A DNA stretch of 64,000 nt from Felis catus (lineage: Eukaryota): positions 213,716,001 through 213,780,000 of the forward strand of contig NC_058368.1 of NCBI RefSeq assembly GCF_018350175.1. Direction: 5' to 3'. Position numbers and translations under genes: made by a program. Position 1 is the first letter of the stretch, and each line of letters opens with the position of its first letter. The notes under the pieces were generated by a model that was not told the origin of the DNA, made no database searches, and saw only the letters and a program-made list of their open reading frames with translations. This document shows, one piece after another, positions 24,183 through 36,578 of this stretch.

Positions 24183-24774
24183 AACTTGCCAGGAAAATAT
24201 GGGGGCCCCTTCGCTCCGGGTCTCTTAACTAGGCATGCCCAACCCATAGTAATTTCTTGGATTTGGAAATTTAAAATAAAACAACTAGAACAAAATCAAC
24301 AAAAACACTAGCCACACTGAAAAGGCTCTTAGGATGTAAATCAACCACTTGCAAGTCAAAAGGCCAAGAATTTTAAGCTTGAAAACACTCTGAGAGGCCA
24401 AACCAAGGCTGGAGCAGTGTTTTCCCCTAACCTGGAAATAAAGCAAGGAACTCACTCTAAATTTATTAGGATATACACAACCTCCAGAAGACACAACAGT
24501 GTTTGAACGCCTTGAAATCAATGATTTCATTTAGACAGATCCAGCAGTTAGCTTGGCCATGAGACTCATCAACAAATATCCACCCCCAAAAGCTCCTTTT
24601 TCATTTGAGAGCAAAAACAATGTAACCCAGATAACCAAGACATTCTTGGGTTTTAAAATATTATAACATGTCAACACCACTAACACTAATCCCTGAGGTC
24701 TGTTGAGTGGGAGGACCCCTCAGCCATTCACCAGGTAGAGATTTCTCCCCCACTCCAACCCAAACTTCCTTTCT

Positions 24775-24801
24775 CACACAAACACACAGACATAGACACA
24801 G

Positions 24802-24843
<42 letters not shown>

Positions 24844-24872
24844 ACAGGCACACAGTGACAGAGAAACACACA
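24775..24872. repeat. (CA)n compound microsatellite
   Basis: Seen directly. Confidence 0.95.
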
Positions 24873-26142
24873 CCCCTATTGGTGGCTTGGCTCTCTGGAG
24901 TAGTTCTCTCTTCCTTGGCTGAATTGTCCTCCTTACAACAGAAAAGAGGGCTGACCCTCTCCTGTGCCCCAGCTAACCAGAGATGAACTTGAAGTCAGAA
25001 TCACATGCATCCATCCCTCACAGGTAATACCATCAGGTTCTGCAGAAAGAGCAACTGATGTAGGTGAAATGTAGCAACGCTATTCGATTCCTCTTGTCAA
25101 AACAGCTACTCTTCGTGGTATCCAAAATTAGAGGGTAAAGAAGAAATAATTTATCCCTGGAGCTAACTTGTAAGACAAATTTCCATTCCTTAGGAGACAT
25201 GAAGAATTTTTACTCCTCCTCAATTAAGTCTTGCTAAAAGTACACAGGAGTTAAGAAAAATAAAACAGCAAATATATATTAAGCATCCACTCCGTGTATG
25301 ACCCTTAAGATAGAAAGAGTTACAAGATACACTCTTTGTCATCTTGGAAGGTGTAATCCCTTTGGGTGGAGAAGCCAAGTATATTGAAAACAACCTTAAG
25401 ATTGCTCTTAAGTTGACAGATGGAAGAAAAAGGTTGGGGACAGACCTTGAACTCCCAAGCTCTCATTCCTTCCAGTGTAGTAGACATGCAGTCCTTGAAA
25501 GTGGAACGATGAGAGCCCAAATACTTTCCCCATCCTCTACAGGCTATGGGACCCTGACAAGATGCTAAACCTTTCCAAGCCTCGCTTCTTCCATCTGTAA
25601 AATGGGCATCATGCATCATGTCACCGATGGTGCACTGTGAGCATCAAATGGGATGCAGATCAAATTAACAGAGCATGGAAGATGTGCATTGCAAAACAGC
25701 TATAATATAAATACCATAGGACAGAGAAATTACTGAATAATAATTCAAAAAGATACCTATAAATTGGAGACTAAGTATGCCACATGAACTAGCTCAATCC
25801 TCCCAACAAACTGGTTATTAGTCATTTTATAAATGAAGTTCGATGTCACAGACATTGACTTTATTAAGACAAACTAATCTCTGCAACCAAGCAGCATGTA
25901 AATCCCTGAATATTCCTAGGCTAGATAAAAGCTATAAAAAAGCATCATATCAGGTGGGGCCAAGTACCTTCCTTATCCCACCACTATTAAGACTTACCAT
26001 GTTGAAAATCAAGTGCCCTTCAACACCCAGACAGTCAGGTAACTTGCGTAAATACATTCATGTTTCGTATTTAGCTTAAAGTATACTCACCTTTAGAATT
26101 CTTTATGTCCATCCCATTTACTGGACAGTTCTTTCCCTTATG

Positions 26143-26378
26143 GTAGTGGTTCTGAAGAGGGATTTTGCCCCCAAGGGACATTTGGCAATGTCTGGAGACA
26201 TATTTGGCTGTCATAAGTATGTGTGGCAGAGAGTGCTGTCGTGCTCCTGGCATCTAGTGGATAGAGGCCAGAGGAGGCTGCTAAGCATCCTTCAACACCA
26301 GGACAGACCCCTTCTAGAAACACAAAGAATTATCCCACCCAAAATGTCAGTAGTGCTGTGGTTGAGAAACTTTGCCTT
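26143..26378 (+). mobile_element. MER20 (hAT-Charlie) DNA transposon relic
   Basis: tagtggttct...gattttgcccccaagggacatttggcaatgtctggagaca...ggttgagaaac. Confidence 0.88.
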
Positions 26379-26899
26379 AAAGGGGCAAAGAGAGAATCCC
26401 AGATTTCCTTGTGACTGTAGCAGATGCCCATAGGTGGTCAGAGACCATTTCTTGGTTGATTTTATAGCAAGAGCCTGGCTTCATTGAGTGCAGGCTTGCG
26501 TATTCACTGTGAGAGACAGTATTGGAAGGAAGAATTTCAACTAACCTTACTCTCAGAAAGGCCCAAATGACATCTCACCAAAGTGAAGAAATACAGCCCA
26601 AGTTTATTGACTCTTGACTCATTGTCTATTGTTTGCTAGGAAGCTCTCATTTGGTTCTTTACTATTAGAATGGTGAATATTTTTGTTGGCCAAACCAGTG
26701 CTTTGGACCATAGGTGAGTGTACAGGAGGACCAGGTCCCTGCTTTGCCCGCACAACGTGATTTTAAGAGGTACTCTCAATCCACTGAAGGGGACGGGAAC
26801 TTTGTCCAGTCAACTGGTTTGAGCTGGGTTTCTCTTCTCCAAGTCTACGCTCCTCATTCTCAATGACAGCCTACTCGTGCTGGACAAAGTCCTACTATA

Positions 26900-27095
26900 A
26901 CACACTTACAACTGGCAACAGACATGCACAAACATCACTCATTGGCCCTGTAAGAAGCCTAGAACAAGGACCTCTGCTCATATTCTATACATGAGGAAAG
27001 GGAAGCTCAGGATACAGTGAGTTTCCCAGTTACATAGAGAGGGGAGGGGTAGGTCTCCAAAGCTGAGCTGCCTCCAAATTCAGAGTGCTTTCCGG
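26900..27095 (-). mobile_element. MIR
   Basis: catgaggaaagggaagctcagg core-like sequence. Confidence 0.55.
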
Positions 27096-27424
27096 TCTCT
27101 CACACACCTGCAGGGGAGGCCCACGGGAGCCTGTTTTATCATCTACTACTCACACAGCAGGCAGCAAAGACCTGGGGGATGGGCTAGCCTCACTAAGACG
27201 TGGGAGGATGAAATGTGGGTCATCCGTGTTTGGCCGCCATCACCGAGCACGGGGTAAGAGAAGCACAAAGCCTGAGAATTCCCCAGTGTCTGCGGCAGGT
27301 GTGTGTGTGCTGGGGGCAGCCTGGTATAAATTTGAGGCTGATGGTAACCTCCCAGGAATGGAGAGAGCACGCCTCAAAGGCAGAGTTGGAAGAGGTCTGG
27401 CAGAGGGCTGGAAGGTCCTAGACT

Positions 27425-28235
27425 GCTTCATTCCCTCATGAAACATGTATTGAACACTCCGGGCCAGAAGCTGTGGATACAGTGCCAACAAGGCAGATAA
27501 GATCCCACCTCCTCAGAACTCAGATTTTAGGGGGAGTGATAGATGATAAGTAAACCAGAAAAATATAGATGACTGTGTTAAGTGCCAGAAGAGAAATAAA
27601 CAGGAAACCACAATAAGAAAATACCAGGTTGGAAAGAGCGTTATTTAGACAAAAAATCAGGGGAATGCACTTGGAGGAAGTGCCATGTAAGCCGAGACCT
27701 AAAAGATAAGAAACCAGCTCCCTAGAGTGGAGAGGATTGGGGGGGGGAGGGGTGCGGTTGGGGGTATGGGTCCTGTGTCGGAAACCCAACCTAAGGGCAT
27801 GCTGGCGTAATGACCACGGTTCTGGCTGATGGCGGGAGGGAGGAGAATGGGGTGCAGCGTGGTCAGTAGCCATAACTTGTAAGACATTGAATTTTATCCG
27901 AGAGCAACAGGGAGCCAGCTCTGGAAAGTTTTATATAACAGACACTTCTGTTCTGAAATATCATTTGGCTACAGTGAGAAGAATGGACTGGAGAAAACCT
28001 GCTCAGGAAACCTTAGTCCAGGCAGGAGACGAAGATGCCTTGTGTGGGGACGGCGGCAGGGCGAAGGTGAATGTGGAGGAAGAGACAGCAGTACCTGCTG
28101 ATGGAAAGTTGTGGGGTGGTGGAGGGAGGAATGAAGGCTGGTGGCAAAGTTCCTGCACAGCGGCAATCACTGCGTGATACCATTTACCCAGGTGGGAAAA
28201 TGCAGGAGAAACAGATTTGGGGAGGAGCAGGGCCC
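27425..28235 (-). mobile_element. L2 (reverse orientation)
   Basis: ttcattccctcatgaaacatgtattgaacac...ttggctacagtgagaagaatggactggag. Confidence 0.7.
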
Positions 28236-28312
28236 CGTATTTCAACTCTCAAAACTAACGTCAGCCTTAAAAACAGACTGACGCTTCACCTCCTCGTGAT
28301 TAAGAAATATTT

Positions 28313-28536
28313 TTTTTTTAATTTTTTTTTTCAACGTTTTTATTTATTTTGGGGACAGAGAGAGACAGAGCATGAACGGGGGAGGGGCAGAGAGAGAGGG
28401 AGACACAGAATTGGAAACAGGCTCCAGGCTCTGAGCCATCAGCCCAGAGCCTGACGCGGGGCTCGAACTCACGGACCGTGAGATCGTGACCTGGCTGAAG
28501 TCGGATGCTTAACCGACTGCGCCACCCAGGCGCCCC
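28313..28536 (-). mobile_element. Very young feline CanSINE
   Basis: TSD aagaaatattt (28302-28312, 28537-28547); same diagnostic bases as the copy at 18261. Confidence 0.98.
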
Positions 28537-28658
28537 AAGAAATATTTATTAACCAAATACATGTAAGACTCACTTTTTAAGAAATCTAAGATATGGAAAA
28601 TGGGGAGGGAAGTATTGTAAAGCAGGTGTAATGTAAGTTGATTGCATTTGAGATTTTA

Positions 28659-28884
28659 TTTTATTTTTTTTTAATTTTTTTTAACATTTATTTATTTTTG
28701 AGACAGGGAGAGACAGAGCATGAACGGGGGAGGGTCAAAGAGAGAGGGAGACACAGAACCTGAAACAGGCTCCAGGCTCTGAGCTGTCAGCACAGAGCAC
28801 GACGTGGGGCTCGAACTCACGGACCGTGAGATCATGACCTGAGCCAAAGTCGGACGCTTAACCGACTGAGCCACCCAGGCACCC
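28659..28884 (-). mobile_element. Feliform CanSINE
   Basis: 15-bp TSD gcatttgagatttta (28644-28658, 28885-28899). Confidence 0.97.
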
Positions 28885-29359
28885 GCATTTGAGATTTTAA
28901 AAAAGATACTATATAAATACATAAATGGTAGTTATTGAAAGAACTTGCACTTTCCACTCTACACTTTTCTTATTACTTTTACAATAACATTATTTTTTAA
29001 GAAAGAAAAAAGAGTCAGGCTTTGTATTTCCAAAAACCCTTCTGAAAATGCACAGCATGTTTCCTCCTGGAAGCCATAACCTATTAGGACATCTGAAGGG
29101 AGTGGAGCTGGGAGGGAAAAGGACACGAGCCAAGTCGATTATGCAGGCAGCCCCACGCGGGATGCCCTGAGCATTTCCCAGCCAGCTCTCACATGAGTCC
29201 TCCACTAATGCATTCTGATTCCAATCTGCCTTTTCTTTTTGTTTCATCAGTTTCCATTTATTAAGTCTGGCACACTTACTGTGGAGGCACGTTTAAAGTA
29301 AGACAGCAAGGGTCCTTGTTTTTAATTCAGCCCCAAGCTTGCCCCCCTTTTGCTTCATC

Positions 29360-29570
29360 CATCAAGATGAGTTCACCTCCTCCAGGAAGCCTTCCCTGAC
29401 CATTCCAGGCTGTTAACTCCTTTTCTGGTCTCCATCATTGCCATCTTAATTGTAACACTATTCCCACTAATTTTCGAATATACATCTGTTTCCTCCATTA
29501 GACTAGAAGCTTAGAGGAGACATCTGCCACGCTTTTTTGTCTTCCCAATGCTTTTTGACACCTTTCCTGT
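29360..29570 (+). mobile_element. L2 fragment
   Basis: cacctcctccaggaagccttccctgacc...attagactagaagctt. Confidence 0.65.
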
Positions 29571-30074
29571 GTTTGCAGAATTTCCCATCTCTTGATTCCA
29601 CACATCTTTAAGGTGGAAGGCAGAAACCTGCTTTCTAAGCTTCTCTTGCCAATCAGATGTAAGAAGCATGAAGCAGTGGTTGCCTCGTGGAAGTCATTCG
29701 GGCACAGGCAGCTGCAGACATCCAACTCTCAGAGACAGCAGCAGCAGGGAATCTTCCAGGAGTGTCTTGTGCTCAATGTCAAGCATTGGTGCCCAGGCAC
29801 CAATAGGGGCAAAAGGGTTGCCACTGGAGCAGTGCATTGCCCAGACTGGCTACTTTGCTTCCAAGCTGGTTCTTTCTCTGCTATAACTTCTTTAACAAAT
29901 TGCTTCCCTGATTTAAACCAGCCAGAATGCATTGTGGTGTTTACAGCCAAAATTCTTAAGGGATAGCATGAGGTCCTCAAGGCAAGGGTGGCTTCTCATC
30001 ACTTCCCTATCACTACTGTCTACACAGTGTTATGCACATCCCTTTTCACCTATCAGAATATTAACTTAAACATT

Positions 30075-30276
30075 ATTTTTTTAAGTTTATTTATTTTGAG
30101 AGAGAGAGAGAGAGAGAACCAGCAGGGAAGGGGCAGAGAGAGAGAGGGACAGAGGATCTGAAGTGGGCTCTGTACTGACAGCAGACAGCCAGATGTGGGG
30201 CTCAAACTCATGAACAATGAGATGGTGACCTGCGCCGAAGTCGGACGCTTAACCGACTGAGCCACCCAGGTGCCCC
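30075..30276 (-). mobile_element. CanSINE
   Basis: Head, GA tract, tail; degenerate TSD ttaaac.tta. Confidence 0.95.
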
Positions 30277-30914
30277 TGATTTAAACGTTACTGAAGGTGC
30301 TTAACCAATTATGTTGAATAAATGAAAAGATCGATGGAGAAGCCAGACTGCAAATAATTAGCCTCTTAAATCCCCTTTCAGTGATCATTAAAAAGTGTTA
30401 TTTGTCCCATAAGTCTTCTGACTAACTACAGAAGACACGTAAGAATGGGGCTTCCCAAAATATGTGCCTCTGGAATATTGATGATGTTTCCATTGCTAAA
30501 ACTGAACAATAGAGTGTTTTTCCAAAAACATACAGAAAATGTATTCAGTACATGGAATTTTGTCAGTTTCAGGTTTTCACTCAGAAAGTTCACAAAACTC
30601 TGGCACCTGCTCCTGTTTTGTCAGCAAGTGCAGTGGATGAAACAGTAATTGAGCAAGTAAGCAACTATTGCAGCAAAAACTCGAAACTGCTAGTCTGCTT
30701 AGTTAACAATTTTTCCCTTCCCCACGCTCATTTTGTTCACTGGGAGTTTAGATTGCACTCTTAACACAACATCCTATTTTCTGTCAGTGAAGTTGTTCTT
30801 AGTTCATATAATGGAATCCACTGGTTCAACATTGTTCGGAAGGAACGCCATTCTTGGCTACCTGAACGTTTTTGAGAACTGCAGTTCTAAGTTTCTGCCA
30901 CCGTGCTAGCCTTC

Positions 30915-31321
30915 TGCTACGGGCTGAATTGTGTCCTCCCCAAATTCACATGTGGAAGCCCTAACTTCTAATAACTCAGAACGCGAGTGTATGTGGAAGT
31001 AGGGCCTTTAATGAGATGATTTAGCTAAAATGAGGTCGTTAGGGTGAGCCCTAATGGATTACAATATGCCTGTCATCCTCAGAAGAGGCAATTTAGACAC
31101 ACAGAGAGACACTGGGACATGCACGCACAGGGAAAAGGCAATGAGAGGACACATAAGGAGGCAGCCATCTGCAAACCAAGGAGAGAGGCCTCAGGAGAAA
31201 CCGAACCTGCTGACATCCTGATCTTGAACTACGAGCCTCCAGAACCGTGAGAGAATAAATATGTGTTGTTTAGGCCTCTCAGTCTGATGTCTTGTTGTAA
31301 CAGCCCCCAAAAACACATACA
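30915..31321 (+). mobile_element. MaLR solo LTR (MLT1B-like)
   Basis: TG...CA termini, tgctacgggctgaattgtgtcc start, AATAAA near 31254, 5-bp TSD ccttc/ccctc. Confidence 0.9.
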
Positions 31322-32542
31322 CCCTCCTTTTAGGCCTCTGAACCTCAGTCAGAGTTTGCACACCCAGACAGTGGAAGCTGGACTGCAGCCTCTGGCCACC
31401 AACCTTCTTCCCCCGGGCGTGTTCTCCTAGCCCCGGCTGGAAAAGTGGAGGAACAAATTGTAACTGTGCTCTGGGGCACACACGGATGTCCTCCATGAAC
31501 CAACAGGTTCCCGACTCTTGTAGAAAGTCATCACTTTATGCTACGCCTTGTGCTCCTCCCCATGCTCTTTTCCGGCACAAATACCAACAGGGGGAGCCAC
31601 CTTTACCTTCCACCCATGTGACCGAGTGACACAGAGGGGCTGCCAGCGCAGTCAGCGGGCACCAGGCCCCTCTGGAAGGGGACACACCAAGAGGAGGTGG
31701 GAGGACCGGGGGACCTCAAAATTGTCTCTGGCCTTGTGCTGGCTCTGGGCCCCTGCCAGAGACAGCGGTTTCTAGGGATGAGAACATTTTGAAAGAGACT
31801 CTCTGGGTGGTGGTTAAGCCCCCGTGGGTGGAGGGCTCCTGTCTCACCCCCGCCAGGCGCCCCTCCCATGCTGTTCCCCTCCCAGATGCCCAGCAGCCAC
31901 GGGGGCGCAGCTGCTCCGAATTAGTGCTGAGGCCCTGCTGCGGAACAGAGCACAGCCGGGATGGGGGCGTCCCACCCGCTCTGACTCCTGGAGGCTCTAG
32001 GAGGGTGTGTAAGAAAGCTGGTCGGCAGTGGTTTTCCCTCAGCGCGGCCACATGGCGTCTCTCTCACAGTCAGTTAAGATGGAGAAGCAGGGACAAACCT
32101 GGTGATAGATTTAGAAGGGAGAATGAGCAAAACTTGATGGCTGGGGGCGCTGTTGGGAGTGGGGTGGAGACGTGAGAGGAGCTAGGATCATTCATGTTCT
32201 GGCTTAAATGGCTGCATAGACCAAGAGGTCATTCTCTAGCCACAGCGACTCTAGGAGAAGTAGTTTTGAAGATAATTACAGATTTCCTTATGGCAATTAT
32301 GTTATAATATATGCATTTATGTGTTTCTTCCTCCAACTAGACTGTATACTCCTTGAGGGCAGAGAAACTCTGTAGGCACTTCTGTATATTGCAGGCACCA
32401 GGTTGGAGCATTCATTCAGCACTTACCGAACAAACACTAATTGAGGGCCCACCGTGTGCACAGCAGTGGCTCAAGTACTGCACCAGCTCTAGAAGTGCGG
32501 GGACCAGACACACAAGTTTATTATCTCTTGGATAAATATTTT

Positions 32543-32748
32543 ATTTGATTTTTTATTGAAAATAATTTTTTTAACATTTATTTATTTTTGAGAGATAGAA
32601 CGCGAGCAGGGGAGGGGCAGAGAGAAAAGGAGACACAGAATCCGAAGCAGGCTCCAGGCTCTGAGCTATCAGCACAGAACTCATGAACCTCGAGATCATG
32701 ACCTGAGCCGAAGTCTGATGCCCAACCAACCGAGTCACCCGGGCGCCC
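32543..32748 (-). mobile_element. Feliform CanSINE with an internal ~20-nt deletion
   Basis: 18-bp TSD ctcttgg(a/g)taaatatttt at 32525 and 32749. Confidence 0.96.
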
Positions 32749-32760
32749 CTCTTGGGTAAA

Positions 32761-33307
32761 TATTTTAAAGAATGGTGATTATATTTTCTTTTTTTCTATA
32801 TTCTTGATTTTCTGACATCTGGGTCCTTGATGACTCTCAGGGCTAGCGAATTCTTAGACACAGCAAACTACTTGCCTGAGAATACACCCTTCCTATGCAA
32901 ACCAACCAGTCCAGAACCCATACTCCCGACTACCTCCTTTATCAAGCTCTCACATGTTGACTGCTGCCCTAAATCAACCCAGAGCCTAATCATTCCAGTT
33001 GTGCAGTCCCCACACCTTGGAGCCCACTGAAATGATTCAAAGTAGTCAATCCTAAGCCTACTCACCCCACCTCATCCATTCCTTCCTGGTGAAACCACAA
33101 TAAAGACTTTTACCTGCACTTCCCCTTCACTCTCCTTCTGCCTCCTGACCGACCCTGGTGCTTCCCCATGTAGCCCCATGGGGCATGGCGTGGCATGCCT
33201 TCTGTTTCTAGGGATCTGTGCATATACACTTCCATCGTGACAGTCATTCTGTGTCTGTGTGTCTAACCACATGTGATTAAAACAAATCCTGGGTATGTTT
33301 TAAAACA
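32761..33307 (+). mobile_element. ERVL solo LTR (MER74A-like)
   Basis: atgcaaaccaacc, gaaaccacaataaag, ctcctgaccgaccctggtgcttcccc, ends gattaaaacaaatcctgggtatgttttaaaaca. Confidence 0.82.
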
Positions 33308-33682
33308 GATGGTTAAAAGTTTAACTGTAAGTTAACAACTGGTTTCTTCCAGTGACTGTAAGTTAACAACTGGTTTCTTCCAAGCAGTGGAAAGTACATC
33401 CTCTTCAAAGGGGAGAAAAGAGGTGTCAGTTCTATCATTACGTTGAAATTGAATGGAAGTGACGGAAGAAACTAGTTTAGGGAGAACATGGGACACATCC
33501 ATCAACAGGCAGTCCCCAATCTAATGTGACTTCATGGGTTTGGGGTAAAATAAAGAGCAAGAAAAAAGCAGAAGAATGGCCCTCACCATACACCCTGCAG
33601 AGTCTTGCACAGGCTGGGAAAACACAGAATGATCCAGTTAACACCTGCTGCATCAAAGCAAAGAATCTTCCTTTTCAGAAAT

Positions 33683-33897
33683 TATTTTAATTTTTTTAAG
33701 TTTATTTATTTATTTTCAGAGAGACAGTATGAATGGAGGTGGGGGAGGGCCAAGAAAGGGAGAAAGAGAGGCAATCCAAGCAGGCTCTACGCTGCCAGCA
33801 CAGAGCCTGATGTGGGGCTTGAACTCACGAACCGTAAGATCATGACCTGAGCCGAAATCAAGAGTTGGACGCTTAACGGAGTGAGTCACCCAGGCAC
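33683..33897 (-). mobile_element. CanSINE
   Basis: SINE body and tail. Confidence 0.93.
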
Positions 33898-33947
33898 GAT
33901 TTTATTAAAGTCACGGAAACCAACAACACAAGGAGATGAAGGAAGCA

Positions 33948-34130
33948 ATTATTTTTGAGAGAGAGATCAGGGGAGAGGCAGAGAGAGAGATGGAGACACA
34001 GAATCCAAAGCAGGCTCCAGGTTCTGAGCTGTCAGCACAGAACTTGACGTGGGGCTCCAACTCACAAGCCATGAGATCATGACCTGAGCCGAAGTTGGAC
34101 ACTTAACTGACTGAGCCACCCAGGAGCCCC
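33948..34130 (-). mobile_element. CanSINE (short tail)
   Basis: SINE body. Confidence 0.93.
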
Positions 34131-34664
34131 AGGAGGTTTATTTCTTAATGGTGGCATCAGAAGCTCCCATTAATCATAAAAGATGACATGAGATCATGGG
34201 TAGGTAGAGCATTTGGCACAACATCTGGTATCAAGCGAACACTCAAAAAATTATAGTTGTTATCGCTGTTGTTCTTAGAGATGGGCAAAATGGATTCTTT
34301 ACATGACTTTCCTAGTAAATGACATTTAGATGACCAATTATCAAAAAGACAATAAAATAAAGTTCATTCAACCATATGGCTGGGCTGCACATAATTTCAT
34401 CTTCCTTTGATGTCTTTGATTGATGTCTTTGATGTCATGATTCTGAATACACTTTAAGATCTCACCCTGTTTCTGATATATTATGAATAACATTAATTGC
34501 CTCTGTATTTTAATGATCATAAAAAATATCCTGATTATATTTGGTTCCTGGATACACACAAAGTGACTCAGTAGGGATGCCGGGAAACCACATCACTGGA
34601 CTAGAAAGAAGCATGACTTAACTGTAGGCATCTGCAGAGCTATGACCCTTCCCAGGTAGGGAGC

Positions 34665-34701
34665 TGTGTGTGTGTGCACACGTGTGTGTGTGTGTGTGTG
34701 T
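34665..34701. repeat. (TG)n microsatellite
   Basis: Seen directly. Confidence 0.95.
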
Positions 34702-35655
34702 TTATCTCTAGGAGGAACCAATCTAATCTTGAAAAAATGCTCTAAAGTTCTCTCTACTAGAAACCTATAAGGAACAGACAAGAAACAAGCATCTAAGAGC
34801 TTAGCTCCAAATTACACATCTTTATCCCACTCACCCTGGATCAACCCAGGAACTATAGACATAGCTATTTTATTTGGTACATATAAAGTAACATAAATTA
34901 TGATCTCTGTTTCTTTACCTTTTCCTCTATAAGTTTTATATGCCCAAACAGACACAGCAATACACAAAGGAATTCTGCTGATTCCACTTTCTCTGCTTTC
35001 AGCTCCAGATAGCATAAACACCAAATAAACACTAACCCTGTAGAGGCAAAAAGGGACAAACCCTTCTTGGGATGTGAAAATCAGGGATGCTTAATCACTG
35101 TTCCCATCCCCACAAGACCTCCAGAAACTTCTTTTGCCTCCTTCTTCCCACTGTTTCCCTCTCTGGAGTCTTTAAACATCCCCAATTCACCTTCCAGAAT
35201 ATTGAGTTAAACATTTTCAGACTGATAATTCAAACAGCAGGCAACAACAAGGATCACAAGAGCCTAGACACACATGGAACCCAGGACTGTCATCACGACT
35301 CGTGCAGCAGCATAAGCACCCAGCAATCTTAGCCAGAATGAGCACTGGGGCTACCTGACCAACAGCTGTGCTTCTGCCCTGCCTGCCCATCCTCATTTCC
35401 GATCCAGGCAAACTCTCTTGGCAAAACCCACTAAGCTGAGCCTATGGGTATTAACCCATTTCTACCTTCAATGCCTATTTACAGGGAAATATAGAGTCAA
35501 TATCTTCAAATCCTCTTCTGATGCTCACCTTTAAGTCACTACCTTCAGGAGAAACATCAACTTAACAGAAAATGGCAGGAAGGATAATATAAGAACCTAA
35601 TTATCTAATAGCCTAATTAGGGATAATTAATATGCAGATGAAAAGATAATGGACA

Positions 35656-35890
35656 GGGGTACCTGGGTGGCTCAGTCAGTTAAGTGTCCGACTCTTGATT
35701 TCAGCTCAGATCACGATCTCATGGTTTGTGAGTTCAAGCCCCACGTCAGGCTCTGCACTGGCAGCACGGAGCCTGCTTGGGATTCTCTCTCTCCCTCTCT
35801 CTTTGCCCCTCCCCTTGAGGCGCCTGGGTGGCTCAGTCAGTTAAGCCCCTCCCCCCACCCTCAAATAAATAAATGAACATTAAAAAAAAA
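35656..35890 (+). mobile_element. CanSINE containing an extra internal SINE 5' head
   Basis: TSD gaaaagataatggaca / gaaaatataattgaca; second head at 35817-35846. Confidence 0.93.
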
Positions 35891-36578
35891 GAAAATATAA
35901 TTGACAATGCACAGCAGTATCTAATGGTGGAAATTCACTCAGCCTAATTTTATAGAACTCCAGAAACTAGGGTGGTCTAACAAAGGCTGGAAGAGGAGGC
36001 AGACCTTGAAGGCCAGGAAAGTTGCAGACAACCACTGAGAAGGAAATGTGCTCAACAAACAGGGGCAAGTGGGAAAGCACATGGCAAGTTTAGAGACTAA
36101 TCAATATACCTCTGGTAAAAGCATGACATGGTCAGACCCAGGTAGAGAATAATAAATCTAAAGAGCACAAGTGATGTCACTCCATTCCGTACCCAAAACA
36201 GACATGACCAATACATCCCAGTGTTACAGCATTGCTGTGGTCTCAGAATCCTTCTCAACACCATGCTCCAGTTAGCCACCAACTGACAGAGTTAGCACTC
36301 ATGATAAAAAATCATTTTGTTCTCCCTGAGACAGAATGGGGTAAACTTGGTCCAGGCAAGGAATTCTGGGGTTGGACATGTCCAGATCACTGAGTCAAGA
36401 TGGTTTCCTGGATATTAGAAGCAAAGAGGGTTCATGTTGGTTACATCTCACTCCCAGAGCCAGAAGGAGTTTTGATCTTGATGGCCAGTTAGGCTGACAC
36501 TCTTGGAACCATCTGGGCATCATCACCTCTGATGTGACCCCAGGCTCCAAATCCTTCCAAATTCTTACAAAGGGGCCT

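Noticed and set aside
26640..26713. Plus-strand 74-nt exon candidate ending TAG|GTGAGT
   Set aside because: Isolated, unrecognised peptide, no partner exons
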